From the IMG/VR virus record IMGVR_UViG_3300006224_000001, positions 1 through 50,145 of that record: 50,145 bases of DNA; one strand, given 5' to 3'. Each line of letters opens with the position of its first letter. Position 1 is the first letter of the stretch. A program made the translations under genes and the position numbers. A model generated the notes under the pieces. That model made no database searches and had not been told where the DNA came from. It worked only from the letters and a program-made list of their open reading frames with translations. Positions 1 to 9,031 of the stretch are shown piece by piece. Source of the stretch: a virus (Duplodnaviria; Caudoviricetes).

Positions 1-120
1 GTTTCGGATTGCGTCTGCACAGTCTGCGGCGTCACCAACGAATTCAAGATGACTGGCAGCTATATAGTCGCAAACCCGCGCATCCTTATCTTTCTGCCAA
101 TCACAGCAGGCTTGGGCGAA
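1..120. repeat. Terminal direct repeat, copy 1 (identical to 50026-50145); circular assembly overlap
   Basis: The 120 nt gtttcggatt...cttgggcgaa recur exactly at the end of the window. Confidence 0.97.
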
Positions 121-210
121 TGCGTAAAGCTCGGCTCTACTGCGAAATATCCACCATCCTCCTGTTGTTTTATATGGCGCAGCTATCAGCTTAATCGTTG
201 CATTGTTCAT
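1..210 (-). CDS. Hypothetical phage protein spanning the circular junction (86 aa; ATG at 210, stop at 49977-49975)
   Basis: Manual translation across the join gives MNNATIKLIAAPYK...DCADAIRNAKENPESDIERATNLR*. It starts directly after the stop of the 212..457 ORF and is missing from the ORF track. Confidence 0.75.
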   Translation of the reverse strand, partial: MNNATIKLIAAPYKTTGGWWIFRSRAELYAFAQACCDWQKDKDARVCDYIAASHLEFVGDAADCADAIRN

Positions 211-211
211 T

Positions 212-418
212 TTACGCACGTCTTTCCGAAAGAATTTTAACTATTTCATCACCATGACCTAGCACAATATGCAATAAATTTGCAGGTAAACATGGCCGCC
301 ATATGACCCAATTACCTTCTATCTCTGGATACACACCAACATCCTGTGCTATTTTTATGGCGTCCAACGCTGCTTGTCGTTTATCAGCCAACCGCTTAAC
401 CGTTTCTTTGTCCATCAT
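212..418 (-). CDS. Hypothetical protein
   Basis: Part of the tightly packed leftward operon; AAGGAGG precedes MMDKETVK. Confidence 0.6.
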   Translation of the reverse strand: MMDKETVKRLADKRQAALDAIKIAQDVGVYPEIEGNWVIWRPCLPANLLHIVLGHGDEIVKILSERRA

Positions 419-903
419 TCCTCCTTTTGTGCTTCGGGTAGATATTTTCTCCACCAAAATTTTCCAGCTTCAGAATGATTCATTTCCCCAAACCATTTGC
501 CTTCAAGCGGTGATTCTCCATTCAGGAATAAAACTAATTTCTCGCTTATAAGCACATATCCTTCCTTTGCTGGTGCTGGATTAAGGTAGAGTTTATATTC
601 CCCAACTGGAAGATTACGAAATCCAGCATATTGTTCAAATTCGAATGTGTTGATGCTAAATTCGTCCCATATCCTAACCGCAGCAACCGGCTCCTGCTTC
701 TCCGCCTCATCCTTCCAAGCCTGTAGAGCATCGCGCTCTTTAGTTACGCGATCAATTGTTTTTGCTTCGCCTTTGCGTAAGCACTCTTGCAGATTGAGTG
801 CTTGTTGTAGAGCATCGCGCTCGGCACGAAGTGCGATAACCTCTTTCTGCAATTCAACGAAGCCATCCCCAATTATCTTGTTGATGTTTTTATTGCGCGC
901 CAT
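415..903 (-). CDS. Hypothetical phage protein with coiled coil and xEPVA motif
   Basis: Repeated ERDALQ coiled coil and the QEPVA motif typical of lambdoid early-left accessory proteins. Confidence 0.65.
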   Translation of the reverse strand: MARNKNINKIIGDGFVELQKEVIALRAERDALQQALNLQECLRKGEAKTIDRVTKERDALQAWKDEAEKQEPVAAVRIWDEFSINTFEFEQYAGFRNLPVGEYKLYLNPAPAKEGYVLISEKLVLFLNGESPLEGKWFGEMNHSEAGKFWWRKYLPEAQKEE

Positions 904-904
904 T

Positions 905-1450
905 TCAACTTTCCTCTGCTGGTGATGGGTTGCGGAGTTCGGATGCGTCACAGAAAAATTCACCGTGCAAATCTTTAACATAGCTAAGATATTTTTTGTT
1001 AGCATCTTCTTTTGTTGAAAATCTACCGAGTGTTATTGATTTTCCATTGTGCTTAATTTGAGACTTCCATTTTTGCGTCTGTTGTTCAAAGCAAACTCCT
1101 TTATATCCGCTGGAATTGTTTTTTGCTTTATCCACATTCATTCTGTTTTGATTTCTGGTAGCAAGGCGTAAATTGGATATTCTGTTATCAGATTTAATCC
1201 TATTTATATGGTCAATTTCAAATCCATCTACTGTATATTCACCATATACATATAACCACGCCAGTCGGTGAGCAAGTCTTTTTTCGTTGTTTATCCAGAT
1301 AATTACATATCCTTGTTTTGATAGAGACCCAGCAATTGATCCTTTTTTAGCATTACTACTTGTTTGAATCAATCTGGTAAAGACGCCAGTTGTAGCGTCA
1401 TAATGCAAAAGTTCTTTCAGCCTTTCTTGTGTAATCATTTTATTCGCCAT
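905..1450 (-). CDS. HNH endonuclease (HNH_3 type) with C-terminal AP2-like DNA-binding domain
   Basis: Motifs LKELLHYDATTGVF, AHRLAWLY, IDHINRIKSDNRISNLR and NNSSGYKGV...W...I...LGRF. Confidence 0.92.
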   Translation of the reverse strand: MANKMITQERLKELLHYDATTGVFTRLIQTSSNAKKGSIAGSLSKQGYVIIWINNEKRLAHRLAWLYVYGEYTVDGFEIDHINRIKSDNRISNLRLATRNQNRMNVDKAKNNSSGYKGVCFEQQTQKWKSQIKHNGKSITLGRFSTKEDANKKYLSYVKDLHGEFFCDASELRNPSPAEES

Positions 1451-1556
1451 AAAAAAGGCTTCACCTACAGCGTCCCTTTCGGGTTGGTCTAACGGGATAG
1501 CACCCGCCACGCTGTATGTGAAGCCTTGCTATAAAATCGGAGACCAAGCCGATAGG
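1451..1556 (-). ncRNA. Structured leader RNA upstream of the HNH gene (long stem plus loop-loop pairing, ending in a U-tract)
   Basis: AAGGCTTCAC/GTGAAGCCTT and TACAGCGT/ACGCTGTA stems. The loop of hairpin 1536-1553 is complementary to 1484-1490. Extended -10 TGaTACAAT at 1568-1560. Confidence 0.6.
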
Positions 1557-1565
1557 AGGATTGTA

Positions 1566-1949
1566 TCATGATTTTGTTTTAAGTTCTGTAGCTATTTTAT
1601 CACGCAGCCATTGGGAGTCGGAGGAGAGTGCTGCTTCTGTCGCAATCTGCATTTCCGACTTGGTGTAACCACTAAGGTTTTCATCGCCGTATTCTTTGTG
1701 CCACGCATCGTGCATCTTCAGCGCATCCACCAGCCGCGCCACCCTCAGGTTTAGGGATTCGATAGTTGCTTTTGCAGTAGTAAGCTCAGTATTAAGGTCT
1801 GCGTTTATTCCGCTTGCGACCGCTGTGTAGCCTGCTGCCAGCTTCTGTTTCAGTTCGGTGTTCTCGGCTTCAAGTTTCTTTACCGACTCAACAACCCAAG
1901 GAGCCGCTTCGCTCCCGGATCTGATTCGATCGCTCAGCATGTCAGTCAT
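1566..1949 (-). CDS. Hypothetical coiled-coil protein
   Basis: ORF in the leftward operon, starting with an IRSGSEAAPWV motif. Confidence 0.65.
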   Translation of the reverse strand: MTDMLSDRIRSGSEAAPWVVESVKKLEAENTELKQKLAAGYTAVASGINADLNTELTTAKATIESLNLRVARLVDALKMHDAWHKEYGDENLSGYTKSEMQIATEAALSSDSQWLRDKIATELKTKS

Positions 1950-2128
1950 TTGGGTTCTCCCTTACTTTTATGCTTGTCTCGAATGTGCTGGGATTGCGAT
2001 AGTTTAGAAGCTAGATTCTTCCCGCACACGGGACATGACCATTTCCACTTTGGTTTTCCGACAATTCGAGACTCAGATATATCAACTCCGAATGTTTGTA
2101 ATGTATAAATTTCTGCGTATTCACCCAT
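1946..2128 (-). CDS. Small C2H2-type zinc-finger protein
   Basis: CPVC-x12-HIRDKH pattern; GGAGG before the ATG at 2128. Confidence 0.65.
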   Translation of the reverse strand: MGEYAEIYTLQTFGVDISESRIVGKPKWKWSCPVCGKNLASKLSQSQHIRDKHKSKGEPK

Positions 2129-2921
2129 TAAATCCTCCTTCACTCTGCGCTGCTGGTTGTGGAGATTCTGGAATAACATACAGCGGAATATCATCGTCTG
2201 TTACCGGATACGGGTCAATCGTAGTGCTAGACGGAAGGGGGATTCTCCCTGTTGTTTGATTCATAAGCGTCCCTTGCAAGCACTCCACGCCGTAGGGACG
2301 AACATAACCAACCGGCTCCATATGGTGCATTTCAGCCAGTACCTTGTTGCGCTCTGCTGCTAAGAGATTGGTAAGCACTGAATAATCAGGTTTAACCAAG
2401 CAATCGAGATTGTCACCAGATTCGCGCAACTCCATATCACAAATCATTTGAGCGGCTTGATATGCGGCCAACTTCCTTTTCAGCGCATCCATCTCCGCTG
2501 TTTGACCGGATAGGAGACCCTTTAAATCGTCGAAAGTTTCACATCCTGCGTTTGTTATTACTTCAGCCAATACATCCAACTTCCCTCGCAACTCATCCTC
2601 GCGCCTTTGGGATTCGGAGAGTTGAAATTCGAATTTCATAATTTTGTCGCCAAGCTGAAATTGCAATGATTCGACTGTTTCTAGTAAGAACTTGCGATCT
2701 TGCTCTCCTTGGACTATGGCTGCTTGCCATATATCATCAGCAAAAGCGCCCAAATTGAATTCTTTCATAACTTGCTTGCAACGGTCACTGCGAAGATAGT
2801 TGTCTATAGCTTTCATCTTCTCTTCGTTCTGCAGCAATCCATCATTGTGTACAGCACAATTGCGCCAGCCATATTCACCTTCTGCGCATGTGCATTTCTT
2901 CTCTTCGTTCTGTGTGGTCAT
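2121..2921 (-). CDS. Hypothetical mosaic early-left protein
   Basis: 266-aa ORF with coiled coil, EPVGY and IPLY motifs; overlaps its neighbours. Confidence 0.7.
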   Translation of the reverse strand: MTTQNEEKKCTCAEGEYGWRNCAVHNDGLLQNEEKMKAIDNYLRSDRCKQVMKEFNLGAFADDIWQAAIVQGEQDRKFLLETVESLQFQLGDKIMKFEFQLSESQRREDELRGKLDVLAEVITNAGCETFDDLKGLLSGQTAEMDALKRKLAAYQAAQMICDMELRESGDNLDCLVKPDYSVLTNLLAAERNKVLAEMHHMEPVGYVRPYGVECLQGTLMNQTTGRIPLPSSTTIDPYPVTDDDIPLYVIPESPQPAAQSEGGFNG

Positions 2922-3583
2922 TTCAAAATCTCCTTGCTCAATTCATCGACGATGGTGTTTATTTCATGGTACAAATAATCTGGAATCAGCTTTCCAGACA
3001 TAAGACCTGCTGCCTCAAGAGCAGACAGAAGTTTGATTATTCGCAATGCTTGTTCTTTGCTCATTCTCCACGCTCCCAGCATCCAATCAACCACAGCGGA
3101 ACAGCGAATACAGCGGCAAGGAAAAACCCAGCGAGAGCGCCCCATATACCATGCCTGAGACCAGCAATAGCTCCGCATACCAATATTGCAACTAGCATTT
3201 CTGTGCCAGGATGATGGCCATATTTTTCGCTATACCGCGCGCCGCGAATCAATCTTTTTATGAATTTCATTCTGGCCTCACTGGATGAATCAATTTCGCA
3301 TTTGCGCAAATATTACGAGCAGTCGGGTTAAGCGAACAAAAGTGTTCAGCAATGGCCCGCTTATGCTCGTTATCCAAGCTGGCAATCATGAAGTCGATTT
3401 GTGCTGACTTGTCTTGAGCCTGGAACCATTTATTTGCAGAATCTTTGGTTACTTGATTTCCGATTGAGCCTAAAAAGCATCCTATAATTAACAGGATTAT
3501 ATTTGATGCAAGCCAAATAATCCGTAGTCTTTCGATACGCTTTTGAAGCTCGACTTGTTCGAATGCGGATAGGCATTTGTATG

Positions 3584-3799
3584 TCATAGTGACTCCAGTT
3601 CTTTGCGTAGTCCTGCAATGTACTCGCAATGCCGAGTGCGTAGCTCTGCAAGCTCTGAGATTGATTTTGTTGATGCGTCAGGCAATCCCATTGTGCGCCG
3701 GTCAATGTTCCAGTCTATCATCAGTATGGCCTGTTGCGCATCGTGTATCAACTCAAGGTTGCGCGTCTTTTTATACGAGTCGAGTTGAATGACTGACAT
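3584..3799 (-). CDS. Hypothetical protein
   Basis: Starts MSVIQLDSYKK and is coupled to neighbouring genes. Confidence 0.6.
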   Translation of the reverse strand: MSVIQLDSYKKTRNLELIHDAQQAILMIDWNIDRRTMGLPDASTKSISELAELRTRHCEYIAGLRKELESL

Positions 3800-3801
3800 G
3801 G

Positions 3802-4221
3802 CTATTTCTCCAAGGCTTTGCGTATTGCAGAATACGCTCGCTCAATAGCGACTGGAACTTTATACTCGCAATTCAACAGACGTTCAGCATCCTCGCGCAG
3901 AAGCTCAACCATTACGGTCTTGGGCTTGGGTGGGTTCCATGAGAATACCTTGGGAAGAAATGTATTTCTGTGTGTGTCGTTCACAACAAATCGCTCATTA
4001 CCAATAAAGCGCTCATCGTAAAGAACATCCCCAACAAACACCGCCTTACCTTCGACTACGGCAAGAGGGAATTCCCATTCCAAAGAATCGAATTTATAGG
4101 ATGATAACGTGAACGGACCACATCCGTCATGTTTCCCTACAGGCTCAATCCCCGCCTTCTCCTGCATCTTTATCGACTCCCCTGCTGCAATAAGCAGGTC
4201 TGCACGGCTCGTATATTTCAT
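3802..4221 (-). CDS. Hypothetical protein, paralog of 25153..25638
   Basis: Shares RADL, EFPLA(V/I)VEGK.VFVGD.LY, WNPP.P.TVMVELLREDAE and RKAL(E/D)K with 25153..25638. Confidence 0.8.
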   Translation of the reverse strand: MKYTSRADLLIAAGESIKMQEKAGIEPVGKHDGCGPFTLSSYKFDSLEWEFPLAVVEGKAVFVGDVLYDERFIGNERFVVNDTHRNTFLPKVFSWNPPKPKTVMVELLREDAERLLNCEYKVPVAIERAYSAIRKALEK

Positions 4222-4499
4222 GGTTATCTCCAAAATGGTGATGTAATCTCTGCAAAAATTACAAAGCAACAAAAAATAAACATAGGCCAGTACCACCATG
4301 TAACCGATGTGCGGCGCTTGAAGTTCATGCGGGCATGGTCGGTCATTTCAGTCTCCACAATTTACTACGCGCCCATATTCTTCATAGCGCCACATCGCAA
4401 CATACAATGGGATTATTCCAAATAAGAAATAACCTTTCCAGAATTTTCTAACTTGCAACATTCCTCTACCGGATGTTGTTTCCCAATGTCTGCGAGTAA

Positions 4500-4784
4500 T
4501 CATACTATCCCCCTAGCCGCTTCAGCACGGCACTCATAAGGAGCAGGCACATCCTCAGCCTTCGCGTAAAACGAAACAGTAGAACACCAACCCATAGAAG
4601 GCCCAAAGTATATAGGCGCGGAGATTGTTGGTTGCAGATTATCCGGCGTCCTGCGCTTGATTGTGTCCGTACCCATTTCAAGCATTGCAAGCTCTGGATG
4701 CGAACAGTGATACAGGATGAATTTACCAGACACTTCGCGTCGAGTCTGAACGGTGCAATCTTGGATTAGTTGCTGATCGAACAT
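4500..4784 (-). CDS. Hypothetical protein
   Basis: 94-aa ORF with GGGAGAAGG upstream. Confidence 0.55.
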   Translation of the reverse strand: MFDQQLIQDCTVQTRREVSGKFILYHCSHPELAMLEMGTDTIKRRTPDNLQPTISAPIYFGPSMGWCSTVSFYAKAEDVPAPYECRAEAARGIV

Positions 4785-4801
4785 TTCCTTCTCCCATGTA
4801 G

Positions 4802-5044
4802 TTAAGCGTTAGGTTTCTCAATATGAGGCCCGAAGTATTTTTCTAAACACTCCTTGTGCCCGTATGCCCCTCCGCCCATTGTTGAGTAATAGAGCGTTCC
4901 GTCGTCACGGAGTAATTCGCGCTTTGCTTGGCTTACAAAGCATTCGCTCATGTGTTTTCCGCATTGGTCACATCCCCCGTAGTAATCGCTGCCATGACCT
5001 GTGCTTCGTAGTTGTCGTATCGTGTTGCCAGTTGGCTTTCCCAT
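4802..5044 (-). CDS. Hypothetical Cys/His protein
   Basis: CDQC and HKEC motifs; AGGGAG before the ATG. Confidence 0.6.
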   Translation of the reverse strand: MGKPTGNTIRQLRSTGHGSDYYGGCDQCGKHMSECFVSQAKRELLRDDGTLYYSTMGGGAYGHKECLEKYFGPHIEKPNA

Positions 5045-5132
5045 GATCGTCTCCCTGTTGTTGATGGTTAGTATTATCTGCACATCAAACACAAAAATCT
5101 ATAACCCGAATGGGGGGGGTTATAAGCACTCA

Positions 5133-5426
5133 CTAACATTTAAAGAACCTGAACGGCATCAATCCAGTAGTCCGTTTAACTTTCTTCTGCTTAATCAGAA
5201 TGTCCGCTCTATGCCTGACTAAATCCACCTTCCATCCCATTCTTTCAGCCCATTGCTTGCTAGATAGCCTATCGTTACCTAGAGCCTCGTACATCGCGTT
5301 TAAAGCGGTTTCCAGTTCTTTCGGCCTGGGTGGGGATTTACGCTTTTGCTCAAGCTCACAGGCTGGACGCCATTTTTCGGAGCCGCCTAGCTTTACGGCT
5401 TGGAGTATGTCTTGACCTAGATTCAT
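5133..5426 (-). CDS. Putative winged-HTH DNA-binding protein
   Basis: LSSKQWAERMGWKVDLVRHRADILIKQKKV resembles a wHTH. Confidence 0.55.
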   Translation of the reverse strand: MNLGQDILQAVKLGGSEKWRPACELEQKRKSPPRPKELETALNAMYEALGNDRLSSKQWAERMGWKVDLVRHRADILIKQKKVKRTTGLMPFRFFKC

Positions 5427-5912
5427 TTAATCTCCATTGATAGGTTTGTTGTGTTTGTGCCATTCTCTATGGCATTTTGAGCACATCCACATAACTTCAA
5501 GCGGTTTTGCATAGTCAACGTGATGCCCCTCAAGCCTGACGTTTTTCCTGCTGCATGAAAAACATGAATCAGGTTTAATTATTTTGTTATCTCTAACAGC
5601 ATTGTTAACTATGTATGAAGCGGCACGTTTAATTTGATTGTTTTCAGACCATTTGTTTTTTGCTTTATTGCTTGTATTTATGCCTTGTTTTGTTTTTGAA
5701 TAAAGATGCCTTGCCAAAACTCTATCGGGACGATTTTGCCTGGCTCGATCAAATGCAAGATAATGCTCATGATTAGCTATTCTGTTTGCTTTTACATTTG
5801 ATTTTATACATTCTTTGCATTTTCCACATTTCCCATCAGAATTGCTTTGAAGAGAATAAAAATCGTTTAAATTTTTGTCGATACCGCATTGTTTGCAAAC
5901 TTTTGTATTCAT
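5427..5912 (-). CDS. Putative HNH-type endonuclease with zinc-binding repeats
   Basis: KVCKQC...CKEC at the N-terminus; C-terminal KPDSCFSC...EGHHVDYAKPLEVMWMCSKCHREWH. Confidence 0.8.
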   Translation of the reverse strand: MNTKVCKQCGIDKNLNDFYSLQSNSDGKCGKCKECIKSNVKANRIANHEHYLAFDRARQNRPDRVLARHLYSKTKQGINTSNKAKNKWSENNQIKRAASYIVNNAVRDNKIIKPDSCFSCSRKNVRLEGHHVDYAKPLEVMWMCSKCHREWHKHNKPINGD

Positions 5913-5957
5913 TGCTCACCCCCGTAAAGATGAGCAATTTTAACATAAAAAGGTATA

Positions 5958-6269
5958 CTAAAACGGGATATTATCTTCAAATGGGTCTTGTGCTGCCTCA
6001 CGCGCGGTTTTAGCAGGTGCGCTCTTTTGAGGCTGGCACTCTTTCGCCTTCTCCAAAACTACCGCAGAGAAGTCTTTGCTCATGTAGGTATGGTTCCAGT
6101 ATTTATCGTTATTTCCCTTTGTGGACGGGCCGGAGACGAACTCGCCATCTTTGCCGGAGACAATCCTGCAACCCTTGACGACTAGAAACGGGTCGTTTCC
6201 TGGCTTACTTGCTAAAGACAGATTGAACTGAGGATATTTCGAGTCTTGCCATTCGATGATGATTTCCAT
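5958..6269 (-). CDS. SpoVG-like single-stranded DNA-binding protein
   Basis: VKGCRIVSGKDGEFVSGPS SpoVG-like core with an SSB-type acidic tail (FEDNIPF); adjacent to the recombinase. Confidence 0.75.
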   Translation of the reverse strand: MEIIIEWQDSKYPQFNLSLASKPGNDPFLVVKGCRIVSGKDGEFVSGPSTKGNNDKYWNHTYMSKDFSAVVLEKAKECQPQKSAPAKTAREAAQDPFEDNIPF

Positions 6270-6278
6270 TTGCTTTCC

Positions 6279-6908
6279 TTAACGTGGTTTAACTGCTTTA
6301 ATGCCTGAGCGGGTCTTGCTATCCAACTTAGACCAAACATAAGTCTTTTGGTCTGCATCCAAAAGTTGATCGTGCAAATAGTTTGCAGAGGTTTCGTAAT
6401 CTTCCTTGTTTGCAAGTACAGCATCTACTATGCTTGACAGGAATACAACTTCTTCTTCATCCGGCTTGAAATCAGGATTCTCTGCAGGCTTATGTACTCC
6501 CTTCCCCTTTCCTTCCTGACCGCTTGTTGCGTCAATCGCATCATGCTCGACAATCTCAAGGGCGTTGACGTAAAGGTATCTGCGAATATATGTCATCATC
6601 GCGCCTAGTGCCTGGATTTCGTTGCATCCCTTCATTGTCGGCACAACTACCGGACAAGTGAAGATAACAGATGTAGGCGTAGAAGTATTGTGCGGTGCGT
6701 CAATGTCGATAATGGTTAGCTCTGCCATATCAGCATTAAACTTGATTGACGAACTAAGGCCAATATCAGAGAAAATTGTCTGAACTGTAGGCAGGAAGTC
6801 CCCAAGCTCGAAGTATTGAAAACCAGCGAACTTGTTAAGGCCGGATTTCTTCAACTCACTGGATTGCAACTTAATACGCGCTAGTTGCAGTTTTTTGTAA
6901 ACGCTCAT
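6279..6908 (-). CDS. erf: ERF-family single-strand annealing protein
   Basis: KKSGLNKF..F.YFEL.DFLP and IQALGAMMTYIRRYLY...EI.E.D motifs. Confidence 0.88.
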   Translation of the reverse strand: MSVYKKLQLARIKLQSSELKKSGLNKFAGFQYFELGDFLPTVQTIFSDIGLSSSIKFNADMAELTIIDIDAPHNTSTPTSVIFTCPVVVPTMKGCNEIQALGAMMTYIRRYLYVNALEIVEHDAIDATSGQEGKGKGVHKPAENPDFKPDEEEVVFLSSIVDAVLANKEDYETSANYLHDQLLDADQKTYVWSKLDSKTRSGIKAVKPR

Positions 6909-7518
6909 TATCTTTTCCTTTTGGTTTGAAAAACTCATACCACAATTGTTCACGGTACTTATACGCTTCCGGTGACATAGGATTAGCGATCAACCATTCC
7001 TGATGCTCCTGGTCGGCTTGTGCTTGGCGGTATGGCATATCACCTCTTTATGGTTTGGTGGTTGGTGGCTATCGTACTTCCAATTCAGTCCATTCCCCAT
7101 TGAAATACTCTGTAGGGCGTTGATTGTCTTTAATGTTGATGATTGAAAGATACCCATCGTCTGCCGCTTTAAGATCGCCTTCTCCAATCTCTTTGTATGC
7201 CTTGATTGATAAATCATCAAAAATATAAATGTACATTTCCATTCCTTCCTATTTATTTGTGGCATTGCTGCTGTGTTAGGTGCTGGCGAATGTTTGTGCT
7301 TCCGGTTCCATCATTGCACTAATGCTTGCGGCATTTATGCCATCCGACTTCATCCACACATCAGAATTGCGTTCTGCCATTCGCCAGCATTTGCTACAAT
7401 GTACCTTGGCATGGGCAATCATCCAAGGCTTCTCATTTAGGCACTGCCGCCTTGCCTCGCATGATATGAGGACTTTTACTGCTGCTACGCAAAACATATT
7501 GCAATGATGCTCTGCTGC

Positions 7519-7620
7519 CGTAATCAGTAGGTGAGAGGTGGCTGGGCGCTAATCCAGCTATCCGCAGTACTACGGCAAGGATGATCGGTTCATCGCTACA
7601 CCTCACAGCTACTGATTACG
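7519..7620 (-). ncRNA. Cloverleaf (four-way junction) RNA on a long basal stem
   Basis: 12-bp perfect arms CGTAATCAGTAG/CTACTGATTACG, then GAGGTG/CACCTC, enclosing three 5-bp hairpins. A G-U pair favours the minus strand. Confidence 0.6.
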
Positions 7621-7790
7621 ATAATACTCAATACCTACAGCCTTTAATACAACGTACCGCACAATACTCCCTCTCACTTCTCAAGCTCATATTATTCCAG
7701 ATCAAAGCACGAATAGCGCAACGGGTGGAACGGTAGAAAGCTACTAGCGGGTGGGACTTTTGGCGGTAGGTCATGGTTGTCTCCGGTTAG

Positions 7791-8027
7791 TTAGATTACA
7801 ATTACTTTTACTCCACTATCTTCAGATTTAACACCACTAATACTTTTTCTAAATACTTTTTCATATGACTCGCGGTTGCGTTTTATTTGAAGCGTATCAA
7901 CTATTGGCTCACGCGTATCACGTATTGCATAAGCCGGAGCATAAGCAACAGTTTCAACTACTCGAATATCTCCGCCATGCTCATCGCGCAATTTTGTAAG
8001 ACATTCGATGTAATCATTAAGATTCAA
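7791..8027 (-). CDS. Hypothetical protein
   Basis: I..L.KL..EHGGD..V small phage protein pattern. Confidence 0.65.
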   Translation of the reverse strand: MNLNDYIECLTKLRDEHGGDIRVVETVAYAPAYAIRDTREPIVDTLQIKRNRESYEKVFRKSISGVKSEDSGVKVIVI

Positions 8028-8059
8028 TTCATTCTCCCTGTTAATGTGAGTGGGTGTGG

Positions 8060-8323
8060 TTAAGCCAAGCCGCGAATATTCAGATACGAACGTAGTACCA
8101 TGCGCGGCAACACTGAGCCAACCAAACGAAGTTCATCGGCGCGACTGTGATCGAAATGCAGTTGTCCTTTTTCGTCAGCAATGCGCGGCATCTTTTGAAT
8201 CGCGTTACGCACAGGACGCAAGCTAATAGGATTCTCAGGATGCTTATCGTTATATGACTTGCTGTTGTTGCCGACGATTTGCTTGTTGCGCCGTACCGTC
8301 AAAGATTGATTGCCCATTCCCAT
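8060..8323 (-). CDS. Hypothetical protein
   Basis: ORF with AAGGGAG RBS. Confidence 0.6.
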   Translation of the reverse strand: MGMGNQSLTVRRNKQIVGNNSKSYNDKHPENPISLRPVRNAIQKMPRIADEKGQLHFDHSRADELRLVGSVLPRMVLRSYLNIRGLA

Positions 8324-8448
8324 CTCCCTTAAAAGTTAAACATCAATTACCGAACCGACAAATCATTTAGCACATGCGCCAACAATATATGCATGGGCGA
8401 CCTCTTTCAGCAATAGCCATACATCGCCAGCAGCGTGTGTAAACTACC

Positions 8449-8682
8449 TTAAATCGCCACTTTTCTGTAGTCATCATGAAAAACACCAACAGAATAAGAA
8501 AGCGACTTTTTAGCCCACATCAAAGCCGATTCGGCTTTACCTGCGTCAAACTGAGCGATTGCATCAGCAAGGCAAGAGCGAGCAGAAGATTCCATTGCTG
8601 CGCCGTTACCAATATGCTTACGGGCCAGCACGATTGCCTTTTGAGCTTGTGTGTCAAAAAGAACGTTAGAAAGAGTTTGCAT
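8449..8682 (-). CDS. Hypothetical protein; first gene of the leftward operon
   Basis: GGAGG before the ATG at 8682; no HTH or S24 peptidase motif seen. Confidence 0.65.
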   Translation of the reverse strand: MQTLSNVLFDTQAQKAIVLARKHIGNGAAMESSARSCLADAIAQFDAGKAESALMWAKKSLSYSVGVFHDDYRKVAI

Positions 8683-8725
8683 AACAGCCTCCAGAAAAAA
8701 GTAAATTACCGAACCGACACCAGCC

Positions 8726-8753
8726 ATTATCCAGATATTCATTCCCGTGTCAA
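8726..8753 (-). promoter_or_regulatory. Leftward (PL-like) sigma70 promoter
   Basis: TTGACA-16 nt-GATAAT on the minus strand. Confidence 0.6.
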
Positions 8754-8790
8754 ACACTTTTTGCACAAAGTTACAATGCGCAAATATAAT

Positions 8791-8819
8791 TTGACTTGAG
8801 CAGTACAATGCCTTATATT
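8791..8819 (+). promoter_or_regulatory. Rightward (PR-like) sigma70 promoter
   Basis: TTGACT-17 nt-TATATT upstream of the Cro-like gene; TACAATGC occurs twice nearby. Confidence 0.7.
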
Positions 8820-8845
8820 CCAGCCTGAACCAATAGGAGGCATCA

Positions 8846-9028
8846 ATGACACCGTTTGAAAAGCTGCACAAGTTCTATGGAACTCACGAGAAAATCGCTC
8901 AGGTATTCGGCATTAAGACCCAAGCAATTACATACTGGAAGAAAAACGGAATCCCATTCAGCTACGCCGCCGAAGTCGAGAAGCTCACAAAAGGCAAGGT
9001 TACGATACTTGATGTAATTAAGGGGTAA
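8846..9028 (+). CDS. cro: Cro/YdaS-like HTH regulator
   Basis: YGTHEKIAQVFGIKTQAITYWKKNGIP...VEKLTKGKV; first gene of the rightward operon. Confidence 0.85.
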   Translation: MTPFEKLHKFYGTHEKIAQVFGIKTQAITYWKKNGIPFSYAAEVEKLTKGKVTILDVIKG

Positions 9029-9031
9029 TTC

